Below, one piece after another: positions 9,268 to 17,271 of a DNA stretch of 24,241 nt. The position numbers and the translations under genes were made by a program. The notes beneath the pieces are model-generated. The model was not told where the DNA came from. It was given only the letters and a program-made list of their open reading frames with translations, and searched no databases. The stretch comes from a candidate division WWE3 bacterium CG_4_9_14_3_um_filter_43_9 (GTDB taxonomy: Bacteria > Patescibacteriota > CPR3 > GCA-002780085). Location: NCBI GenBank assembly GCA_002791435.1, contig PFXB01000127.1, forward strand, positions 1 to 24,241. The letters run 5' to 3'. Each line of letters starts with the position of its first letter. Within the stretch, counting starts at the first letter, position 1.

Positions 9268-10743
9268 ATGAAATCTCAAAGAGTCATCGAAATTGTCATT
9301 GGTCTTGTAACCTGGCTGGCAATCACTTCTCCGATCTGGGCCTCATTTTTAATTCCGAAAGTAATGGCCTATTTTATCATTCTCATGGCCGTCTATTGGC
9401 TTTACAAATCCGCCAAGTATGCCGTTTCCGCCGTTTTTGGATTTATAACCATCAAAAGAAACGAAAAAATGAATTGGCTCTCCTTGGCGCAAAAGCATCC
9501 CGACTTTGAAAAGGTTTCGCACATTGTCATCATTCCCAACTACAAGGAATTGGAGGAAAAAATCCGCATTAATTTGCAATACCTGGCAGCTCAGACTTTA
9601 TCATCTCGCAAAATCATCGTGGTCTTAGCCATGGAAGAAAGAGAGGGAGCGGAGGCTAAAGCAAAAGCCCGTCATCTCAGCGACGAATTTGGCGACACTT
9701 TTGGCCTTATTACTGCCACTTTTCATCCTGATCTTCCCGGAGAACTCAAGGGCAAGTCATCCAACGAAGCCTGGGCAGGAAGAAAGATCAAGATGGATCT
9801 GGTTGACCGCAAAAACATGGATATCAATTTTCTAACCATCACTTCTTGTGACGTCGATTCCCTTTTTAACCCTCAGTATTTTGCGGCTTTAACCTGCCTT
9901 TTTTTGAATGATCAAAACCGCTATCGCAAATTTTGGCAAGGCTTACTCACCGAATATGCCAATCTGGACAGGACCATTCTGCCCGTACGCCTGGTCTCTG
10001 CCATTGATTCGGTCCTGAGAATGGCCCTGCCGTTCCAGGAGGGATTCTTTCTGCCTTATTCCACCTATTCAGCCAGCCTGAAAATGGTTTTCGAGGTGGG
10101 TTTCTGGGATACCGACATTATTCCCGAAGATTGGCATATGTTTTTTAAATGTTTTTTTAATCTCAAGGGAGAGGTGGAAACGATGCCTATCTATCTTACC
10201 AATCATGGAGATTCAATCGAGGGGAACGACTTTTTTGATGCTTTGAAAAACCGCTATGTGCAAAACCGCCGTCACGCCTGGGGAGTGACCGATATCCCCT
10301 ATATTATCGTGCAATGGGCCAAACACCCGGAGATTCCTTTTTTCAGGAGAACTCTTTTAGTGATTCGCTCTTATGAGGCTCATTTCCTGTGGCCCACCTC
10401 CTGGTTTCTTTTGACTTTGGGGGTAAATCTGCCGGTGGTTATCAATCCTCAGCTCAAAGAAACCGTCTTGGGTTACAATTTTTCCATCTTTGCGAGAAAT
10501 ATTCTGGCCGTGTGTTTGGTTCTGACCTGTGCTTTTATTATTCTCGATCTTCTCTCCCATCCGCCGCAAAATAAGAGTGACAAAATCTGGGTTCGGATCC
10601 TCTCCTTTCTGCAATGGTTTTTAATGCCCTTTATTACTCTTTTTTTAGCCACACTGCCTGGATTGGATGCGCATACCCGGATTATGCTCAATCGCCGAAT
10701 TGAGTATAAGGTTTCTGAGAAAAGAGTGGGGAAAGGTCATTAA
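9268..10743 (+). CDS. Membrane-bound family 2 glycosyltransferase (processive synthase-like architecture)
   Basis: N-terminal TMs, IPNYKE, KGKSSN, CDVDS (DxD), IPEDW, QNRRHAWG, C-terminal TMs. Confidence 0.85.
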   Translation: MKSQRVIEIVIGLVTWLAITSPIWASFLIPKVMAYFIILMAVYWLYKSAKYAVSAVFGFITIKRNEKMNWLSLAQKHPDFEKVSHIVIIPNYKELEEKIRINLQYLAAQTLSSRKIIVVLAMEEREGAEAKAKARHLSDEFGDTFGLITATFHPDLPGELKGKSSNEAWAGRKIKMDLVDRKNMDINFLTITSCDVDSLFNPQYFAALTCLFLNDQNRYRKFWQGLLTEYANLDRTILPVRLVSAIDSVLRMALPFQEGFFLPYSTYSASLKMVFEVGFWDTDIIPEDWHMFFKCFFNLKGEVETMPIYLTNHGDSIEGNDFFDALKNRYVQNRRHAWGVTDIPYIIVQWAKHPEIPFFRRTLLVIRSYEAHFLWPTSWFLLTLGVNLPVVINPQLKETVLGYNFSIFARNILAVCLVLTCAFIILDLLSHPPQNKSDKIWVRILSFLQWFLMPFITLFLATLPGLDAHTRIMLNRRIEYKVSEKRVGKGH

Positions 10744-10783
10744 AATAACTCAAAACGCAACTGGCAGCCGACTGTCCACCGAA

Positions 10784-10875
10784 AACAAGAGAAACAAGAG
10801 GTTAACAAGAGGTTTCTCCTCTTGCAAGAGGAGAAACCTCTAACAAAACCTCTAACAAACCTCTAACGTCTCTAA
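10784..10875. repeat. Perfect 34-bp palindrome flanked by short iterated repeats
   Basis: 10808-10841 AGAGGTTTCTCCTCTTGCAAGAGGAGAAACCTCT is its own reverse complement; AACAAGAG x3 on the left, AACCTCTAAC x3 on the right. Confidence 0.9.
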
Positions 10876-11065
10876 AAAACGGAGGGAAGTGGGAAGGAGG
10901 ATTGCAGAAGTATTCCTTCTCCTTAAAGGAGAAGGAGAGCCCACCAAGTCGGCGGAAACTCCAGAATCCAGGAAAGAGCGATTCTGTGACAATTTGGATA
11001 AGATCAAGGATGACACCTTTACCATGGTCGTCCTTTCAGGTTAAATTTGAAAGAGAGGTTTTACT

Positions 11066-11497
11066 ATGTCTTGGTTTGCAAAAAAATCGCTTATCAAAAA
11101 GAGGGTAGTTTCCAACTCTGAAGATCCAAAAAGATTAAAGGATAAATCCCTCTTTCCCAAGCTTTCAATCTTTCAAGACAAATCAAGCGAATTTTCATTG
11201 ATTGGAATTGCGCTTGTGTTTTCAAGTCTGCTCGTCATCCTTTCCTGGCAATACTCATTTCTTCCTCCCCAAATTCCCTTTTATTACAACTTAAGCGGGG
11301 GCGAAAGACTGGCCGGCAAAGAAATTCTCTGGTTGGTTCCGTCAGTCCTGGGTATTTTTTCGACCATCAATCTCACCTTGGCCCAACTGAACTATAAGCG
11401 CGAGCCTGTCCTCTCGCGGGTTTTGATCATTGCCCTATTTTTTATTATTTTCTTAAGTTTTCTTGGCGTTTTGAAGATTATTGGTTTGGTGATTTAA
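11066..11497 (+). CDS. Small membrane protein (DUF1648-like)
   Basis: Three hydrophobic segments and LPPQIPFYY motif; stop abuts the next ATG (TAAATG). Confidence 0.65.
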   Translation: MSWFAKKSLIKKRVVSNSEDPKRLKDKSLFPKLSIFQDKSSEFSLIGIALVFSSLLVILSWQYSFLPPQIPFYYNLSGGERLAGKEILWLVPSVLGIFSTINLTLAQLNYKREPVLSRVLIIALFFIIFLSFLGVLKIIGLVI

Positions 11498-12571
11498 ATG
11501 GAATTTCTGCTGGTAGTCTTCATCCCATTCATAACGACTTTAATCTTGACTCCCCTAGTAATGCGGTTGGCTCTCCGATGGGGATTTAAAGATGATCCTC
11601 AAACCCACCACCACCCGGCGATCCTGCACCGTAAAGCCCTGCCTCGCGCCGGAGGATTACCAATTTATATCGCCTTGGTTGTCTCGATTTTGATCTTCTG
11701 CCCTTTGGAAAAACACTTAATCGGCTTAATTTTAGGAGCCACTATTATCGTAATCGACGGACTTTTGGATGATAGATACAACCTTCATCCCTTATTACGT
11801 TTTATCTCGCAATTTGTAGCCGCCGGAATAATCGTCCTCTCCGGGGTCGGGATCACCTACATCACCAATCCTTTCGGCGGACTCATCCGTCTGGATGTCG
11901 TCAATATCACTCTCAACTTTTTCGGCGAACACCATCTCTTGCTTCTGGCTGATCTTTTCGCTCTCTTCTGGATCGTGTGGACGATGAATTTGGTCAATTG
12001 GTCCTCGGGAGTTGACGGACAAATGCCGGGGTTTGTGATTATTGCTGCCGGAACCTTGGCTCTGTTAGCACTTCCGTTTACGACTTATGACGCCAGCCAA
12101 TGGACGGTTATTAAAATCTGTCTGATGGTTGTCGGAGCCACCTTGGCTTTTTTGATTTTTAACTGGCATCCGGCTAAAATCTTGCCGGGAGACAGCGCTT
12201 CCATGCTTTTGGGTTTTTTCTTGGCGGTTCTGGCCATTCTTTCCGGAGGCAAAGTGGCCACCGCAGTTTTGGTTTTAGGAATACCCACTCTGGATGCGGC
12301 CTGGGCAATTTTGCGGAGAGTAAGCAAAAAAAGGCTTCCCATCTGGGGAGACCGGAAACATTTGCACCATCAATTGCTTGATCTGGGTTTGAGTCAAAGA
12401 CAAGTGGCAGTGATCTATTGGATTCTCACGGCAATTTTAGGAAGTGCGGCTTTACTTTTTTCGGGCCGTCAAAAACTGTGGCTCTTGATTGTCTTGGGGG
12501 GACTTTTAGCCTTCTTCTTAATTCTCATCCACCGCTTTATGAAAGCAAAAGCCAAAAAAGTAACAGTATAG
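11498..12571 (+). CDS. Undecaprenyl-phosphate HexNAc-1-phosphate transferase (WecA/TagO/MraY family)
   Basis: PRAGG, GLLDD, N..N...GVDG, FNWHPAKILPGD, DRKHLHHQL motifs; polytopic. Confidence 0.92.
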   Translation: MEFLLVVFIPFITTLILTPLVMRLALRWGFKDDPQTHHHPAILHRKALPRAGGLPIYIALVVSILIFCPLEKHLIGLILGATIIVIDGLLDDRYNLHPLLRFISQFVAAGIIVLSGVGITYITNPFGGLIRLDVVNITLNFFGEHHLLLLADLFALFWIVWTMNLVNWSSGVDGQMPGFVIIAAGTLALLALPFTTYDASQWTVIKICLMVVGATLAFLIFNWHPAKILPGDSASMLLGFFLAVLAILSGGKVATAVLVLGIPTLDAAWAILRRVSKKRLPIWGDRKHLHHQLLDLGLSQRQVAVIYWILTAILGSAALLFSGRQKLWLLIVLGGLLAFFLILIHRFMKAKAKKVTV

Positions 12572-13016
12572 CCAACATCTGGGTTAAAATTCCGAAGGTC
12601 TTTTTCCCGAAAAAAAGAGTGTTACGGCGGACATCCTGATCTATGCTGATATGGATATTTTCCCAACCTTGAAAAAAACGGGAACGACAATGAAAAAAGT
12701 AAAAAGGAATCCGCATGGCATCCGGCAGGATGGCCATTCCAGCACAGATCAAAATTAACCAAAATTTAGATGTCGAAAAACCTTCCCGGAAGGCAAAAAA
12801 CAAACCCAGACCCAGCGATAAGAAGGAATCTATGAGAAGGACTACAAAGGCTTTCTTGTCTCGCAACAGATTGGTAATACTCGTTGTCCAGTGAGGAATG
12901 GCATCCAAAACAAAGTGCGAAAAAAATGCCAGGATAATTGCCAGGAAAGGATTTTGGATTTTAGCAGCAATGACAATTCCTGCCACAGCATGGGGAGTTA
13001 AAAACATGAGTTTCAT
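12537..13016 (-). CDS. Membrane protein, putative metal-dependent hydrolase (YdjM/DUF457-like)
   Basis: HAVAG, SHFVLDAIPH and LPD motifs with several TMs; its 3' end overlaps the convergent WecA-like gene by 35 bp. Confidence 0.7.
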   Translation of the reverse strand: MKLMFLTPHAVAGIVIAAKIQNPFLAIILAFFSHFVLDAIPHWTTSITNLLRDKKAFVVLLIDSFLSLGLGLFFAFREGFSTSKFWLILICAGMAILPDAMRIPFYFFHCRSRFFQGWENIHISIDQDVRRNTLFFGKKTFGILTQMLAILLLFWLLLS

Positions 13017-13081
13017 CTTAAATTTTTCAATTCATTTTGTCAATTAAGTTGTTTGTATTTATTCGGTTCTTTCCAGTAGAT

Positions 13082-13177
13082 TGTCATTTCGAGTGAAGCC
13101 GAAGGCGTAATCGAGAAATCCCTTCTGGTTTTTAAAAAAGGGGTCCCTCTCCGCCAGCTGGCGGACTCGGGATGACA
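13082..13177. repeat. TGTCAT...GATGACA composite palindromic element
   Basis: Head TGTCATTTCGAG..TCGAGAAATCCC; tail contains CCGCCAGCTGGCGG hairpin and GGGATGACA. Confidence 0.75.
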
Positions 13178-13275
13178 GTTTTAGCCATTTCGATTCACTA
13201 AACAGCAACTTCAAAATTACACTGTGTTTGGAGAAAACTGAATAGTTACAGTTGCTTCAAAGTGGTTTTTAAGGG

Positions 13276-13310
13276 TAGACATTATTTTGAACTTGACGTA
13301 TATTGTGATT
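13276..13310 (+). promoter_or_regulatory. Putative promoter, probable leaderless start at ATG 13311
   Basis: TAGACA (13276-13281), 17-bp spacer, TATATT (13299-13304), 6 nt to ATG, no SD. Confidence 0.55.
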
Positions 13311-13856
13311 ATGGAAAAGTTACTCAAGGGAATGTTTTTCCAAGAAATAGTCGATCAGGTTCACGGACAAAAGGGTGAAAAGGCTCTCTGCGAACTGGAA
13401 AGACAGTTCGGCAAGCCACTCACTTTCTCCAACTTCAAAGGATATCCGCTGGAAGATCACCTTAGACTCCTAGAACTAGGCTCCAAAATTATTTTCAAGG
13501 ATAAAGACAGAAAGGAAGCTATCTTTGAGATGGGTAAACTTTCCTGGCTGACTTTTGCCCAAAGCATGGTGGGAAAAACGGTGCTGGCACTGTACGCTAA
13601 AGATCTAAGGAAAACCGCCCTTTCCATTGCCAAACTCTGGGGAATGATAACTAACTTCGGCGTGCGCGAATGTCAAGATTTGGGAGAAAGAAAGGTTAAA
13701 ATCATCATCAAAGAAGATCCGCGTCCACCTGAATATATTGTTGGGGTCCTAAGCGGCGCGGTTGAATTTTTTAAGGCTGTCCCTAAGATAGAAACGAAAG
13801 TGTTCTCATCTGAGCATTGTGAGTTTATCGTCAGCTGGGAAAACCCCCGGACATGA
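13311..13856 (+). CDS. DUF2378 / TIGR02265-like protein (H-NOX/V4R-like fold), paralog 1
   Basis: KGMFF, FKGYP, FAQSMVGK, PRPPEYIVGVLSG and terminal VSW pattern. ATG 13311 is preferred over the track's TTG at 13287 because of the promoter spacing. Confidence 0.75.
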   Translation: MEKLLKGMFFQEIVDQVHGQKGEKALCELERQFGKPLTFSNFKGYPLEDHLRLLELGSKIIFKDKDRKEAIFEMGKLSWLTFAQSMVGKTVLALYAKDLRKTALSIAKLWGMITNFGVRECQDLGERKVKIIIKEDPRPPEYIVGVLSGAVEFFKAVPKIETKVFSSEHCEFIVSWENPRT

Positions 13857-13926
13857 ACTACCACGGCCTGCCGCCGTGGTATCCTCCCCGCCTCCCTTTT
13901 GGTCATCCTTATCTAGTCTATTTTAC

Positions 13927-13993
13927 GTCATTCTGGCTCAGTCCAGAATCTAATTCTGGAGCCCCCGCCGAGTCGGCAAGTCACCAGAATGAC
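13927..13993. repeat. GTCATTCTGG...CCAGAATGAC element (copy 2)
   Basis: Same termini as 1869-1936; interior carries the CCGCCGAGTCGGC module. Confidence 0.85.
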
Positions 13994-14107
13994 AGTAATG
14001 TACTTCTCCATGCTCCCGCCTTTGTCGGTATGAGTCGAAGCATAATAATTTTATTGTTCGACTTTTATGGAGAACTACCTTTTTGACTTTTGGCTTACTT
14101 TTGACCC

Positions 14108-15190
14108 TTAAGTTTTGCCCGTCAATTGGTGTAATCTCTTCAAGGCTCTCTTTTCTTCATAATACCCCAGCTTTGCCCATCTGACCGCTTTTTCCAAAAC
14201 CCCGATCGAAGCATCATAGGTTGTTCGCTCCACCGGAAAGGGGTAGCCGTCTTTGCCGCCATGGGCAAAAGCAAAACGGGCCGGGTCGCGAAAGGAAGGG
14301 GCTTGGCCGTAGATTAGTTCGGCAATCAAAGAAAGCGCCCGCAGTGTTTTTGGACCGACACCTTTTGCCGACAACAAGGCTTCAAAATCTTGAGGTTTGG
14401 TTTCTTTGACGAATTGTAAAATTTTTTTGAGTCTGCCAAGATCAAAATCCTCGGCATAGATCGGGTGGTGGAAAGGCAGTTTAAGGGTATCGATTTTTTG
14501 GAAATGACTGACGAGCCCGGCAGGCGAGATTTCATTTACGAGTTTTGTTTCCAACTTTCTGATCCCCTGGCTTTGAGAAGCGATTAAGTTTAAAACGGCG
14601 GTTTCTTTCCGATCGCAGCAGATCGCGTTTTGCGGCTCCTCTACAAAACTTTTTACCGTTTCCGAAATCCAATGATAGCGCCGCGCCATCTTATTTTTCT
14701 CATTCATACCCTGCTGAATCACAATCCATTTCCCCTGATCGGTAAAAATGAAATTATGATGATAAAGCTGGTAACCATCCTGCAGGGCACTGCTGTCGAC
14801 TTTGGCCGACATTTTGGAAGCGTACACCAAGGGCGCGGCATCAAAGCCGTATTGTTGGCCGAAAGCTTCAATCTCGTGCGGAGTTTTTCTGGAAGTTGCT
14901 CCCTTGCCGCCGGCCATAAAAAAACCTGTTTCTTTTTCCAAGCCTTTCAACCCTTCCTTGAGAGCTCCGGTCGTGGTGGTGGTTAATCCTGAAGAATGCC
15001 AGTCAAAACCCAAAACACAACCTAAAGCCTGAAACCAGAAGGGATCGGATAATTTGTAAAGTAGATCAGAAACGCCAAAATCCTCAATGATATATAAAGC
15101 GATCTGCCGCGCCAACGGTACCATGCGTTCGAAAAGCCATTTGGGAGCACTGCCAAAATGTAAGGGCAGCTGCGCCGTTCCGACTTTCAT
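14108..15190 (-). CDS. DUF763 domain-containing protein
   Basis: LPLH.G.AP.WL..RM, LSDPFWFQALGCVLGFDWHSSGLTT, GGKG, DGYQLYHH, FAHGGKDG.PFPV signature. Confidence 0.92.
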   Translation of the reverse strand: MKVGTAQLPLHFGSAPKWLFERMVPLARQIALYIIEDFGVSDLLYKLSDPFWFQALGCVLGFDWHSSGLTTTTTGALKEGLKGLEKETGFFMAGGKGATSRKTPHEIEAFGQQYGFDAAPLVYASKMSAKVDSSALQDGYQLYHHNFIFTDQGKWIVIQQGMNEKNKMARRYHWISETVKSFVEEPQNAICCDRKETAVLNLIASQSQGIRKLETKLVNEISPAGLVSHFQKIDTLKLPFHHPIYAEDFDLGRLKKILQFVKETKPQDFEALLSAKGVGPKTLRALSLIAELIYGQAPSFRDPARFAFAHGGKDGYPFPVERTTYDASIGVLEKAVRWAKLGYYEEKRALKRLHQLTGKT

Positions 15191-15332
15191 CTTAATCTCC
15201 TTTTTGAAAACCCGAAGATATACCGAAAGTACAACAGGTCGAACCTGTTTTTTGGGTTGCTGTTGCGCCTTATCAAAGCTTAGCTTTACTTGGCAAGCTA
15301 GGTTTCCATCTTAAATTATCATGGTTATCGCC

Positions 15333-15446
15333 GTAGCGGAAACCTTTAGGTTTCCATGTTCTCGGATCATGGCGATTCTTGCTGTTGCCGCTACGAAGTC
15401 TCCTTCCTTCATTCCTACGGGATTCAGCATCCAGTACGGGATGACA
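15333..15446. repeat. REP doublet element, inverted diverged copy of 6516-6607, with ATGACA end
   Basis: GTAGCGGAAACCTTTAGGTTTCC...GCCGCTACGAAG...ACGGGATTC...GGGATGACA. Confidence 0.85.
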
Positions 15447-15500
15447 TAGGTTTAATTTTTAATTCAGAATTTTTAATGTTTAAACCTTAAAAATTATAGA

Positions 15501-15620
15501 TTCCCACAGGCTTTACGCCGTGGTACTCTGAAATCGCAGGTTCCCGTCGAATCGGCGGGCGACTTCGTCGAATATTTTTGAAGGATTCACCCACGGGTAA
15601 ACCCGTGGTTCTCTCCTGCG
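15501..15620. repeat. Small hairpin-ended element (possible non-autonomous IS200/IS605- or RAYT-type remnant)
   Basis: Hairpins CCACAGGC-TTTA-CGCCGTGG and perfect CCACGGG-TAAA-CCCGTGG (15591-15608); ATTATAGA occurs on both sides (15493-15500, 15621-15628). Confidence 0.45.
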
Positions 15621-15643
15621 ATTATAGACAAACTTAATTAGAA

Positions 15644-16493
15644 GGGTAATTCCTGATTTTAGCCACTAAAATCGATCACTTTTTTAAACAAACGGTCTGT
15701 TTGCAATTTGACATCCAACCTTCGGTAATTATACCTCCAAACATACTCACCAAGAAAGAGAGGAAGATATTTTCTTTTAACGCCTCCCTTGGCCGCCAAC
15801 TTTCTTTTTAGGTATCCCCAAAATCCTTCCAGTCCATTAATGTGATTTTTGCCCCGGACATATTCCTTTGCTCCGTGTTCTACCGTTCGGTGGACATATC
15901 CTTTAGCCGCTAGTCCGGTGTAAGCTCTCCAAGTATCGGAACAAACCCTTGAGCCGGCCTTGACTTTCCTGGTAATGATCGGCAGCAAATCTATCGCTTC
16001 GGCATCCTCAATCAACCTGGCAAAGACCTTGCCTTGACGGGTTAAAATGCCAAACACGGGTTGTTTTGTTGTTCCGAAGCCTCGTTTGCTTTCCGATTCT
16101 TTTTTAAGCTGACTTTTCCGTTTGTTTTTCTTCTGCCCTCCCAGATAGGTTTCATCTACCTCTACTGTTCCGGAGAAAACTCCGGGAACATCTTGCACCA
16201 TTACTTTTCTGGCTATACCCACCGTTTTCTCCACCGAGTAATGGCTAACCCCGTTTGTGCACTGATGGTCCTTAGGCTATGCCCGAGAACAAACCAAAAC
16301 AGAATCTTTTTCCAAACCGTTTTCATTAGCCCTAATCAGGCAATCTTTGGTTTCCACCCGTATCGGCAGTTTTTACACCGTTTTTTACTCCTTCTGACAG
16401 AGTAAAACTTTCTGTTTTGACACCGAGGACAAGAATATCCCTTCATAACGACCTAATTATATCATTGTTGGTGGTCGTTTTCAGGACTTACCC
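15644..16493 (-). mobile_element. IS1595-family insertion sequence, 850 bp, degenerate
   Basis: Imperfect TIRs GGGTAATTCCTGA.. / ..TCAGGACTTACCC; direct repeat ATTAGAA at 15637-15643 and 16494-16500; encloses an ISXO2-type DDE transposase. Confidence 0.88.
15659..16446 (-). pseudogene. IS1595 (ISXO2-like) transposase pseudogene
   Basis: ATG 16446 gives zinc ribbon CPRC..CKNC. In-frame TGA at 16336-16338 and a frameshift near the C4 run 16249-16252 precede the DDE domain (VEVDETYLGG, CSDTWRAY, VEHG, HINGLEGFW, YLPLFLGEY.WRYN). Confidence 0.88.
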
Positions 16494-16632
16494 ATTAGAA
16501 AACGTGCCTATGGTGTGCCTGTCCGCTTGCCTGGCGGATCTATACGCTAAACCAATTTGGTTTACCTATAGAAATTACTTTTGAGTTTTGACTTTTTACT
16601 CTTGACTTTCCTTCAGCCAGCTGCGTTATTTT

Positions 16633-16668
16633 TTGAATTTTTAGGAAAGTTGAGTATATAATAACTTT
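16633..16668 (+). promoter_or_regulatory. Putative promoter, probable leaderless start at ATG 16669
   Basis: TTGAAT (16633-16638), consensus TATAAT (16657-16662), 6 nt to ATG. Confidence 0.6.
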
Positions 16669-17217
16669 ATGGAAATCGATTATGATAAAAACCAGGTCCC
16701 TGGATATTTCCTGCTGGAAGACGTGAATTTCGTCAGAAAGGAAAAAGGGCCGTTCGGTATCACCAAACTTAAGAAAATATTTCCGGAAATCGACATTGAC
16801 AAGATCTCGCCCTTCCGCAAATATCCTCTAAAACACGAACTTGCGCTCTTGAAAGCCGCCGCTATTATAATTTACGGGGACGATTCGCCGACTTCTTGGG
16901 CCAAGCTTGGCCGGCACGATTTTGAAACCATGGCCAATTCAAATTTAGGCAAAGTTCTAATCTCTCTTTTTGGCAAAGATGTGGTTAAATTAATCAAAAA
17001 CGCCAGCCGGTTTTTTCACTTCTTCGCGCCGTTTATCACCTTTAGTTATCAAGAATTAGACAAACATCATGCCATCTTCACCATTGAGAACGATCCCTAT
17101 CCCAGGGAATATTATCTGGGATACTTCCTGGCTCTGAGAGATTTTATTGGAAGTCATGGGATAATCACGGTTAAGGATGCCGGCGGCAGAAAATATATTT
17201 ATGAAGTCTATTGGTAA
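16669..17217 (+). CDS. DUF2378 / TIGR02265-like protein, paralog 2
   Basis: VPGYFL, FRKYP, LG..DFET..NS.LGK, PYPREYYLG, terminal YEVYW; aligns with paralogs 1 and 3. Confidence 0.7.
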   Translation: MEIDYDKNQVPGYFLLEDVNFVRKEKGPFGITKLKKIFPEIDIDKISPFRKYPLKHELALLKAAAIIIYGDDSPTSWAKLGRHDFETMANSNLGKVLISLFGKDVVKLIKNASRFFHFFAPFITFSYQELDKHHAIFTIENDPYPREYYLGYFLALRDFIGSHGIITVKDAGGRKYIYEVYW

Positions 17218-17271
17218 AAAGATAGTCTTATGCCCGATACGCAAACGGTTAATTAAACAGGGAGAATCCGT

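Noticed and set aside
1869-15446. CRISPR array
   Set aside because: The repeats are dispersed, of variable length and orientation, and lack regular unique spacers; no cas genes.
16336-16338. TGA recoding (genetic code 25) suggested by the in-frame TGA in the transposase
   Set aside because: TGA terminates ordinary genes here (909, 5939, 13856), long genes have no internal TGA, and the same gene also has a frameshift.
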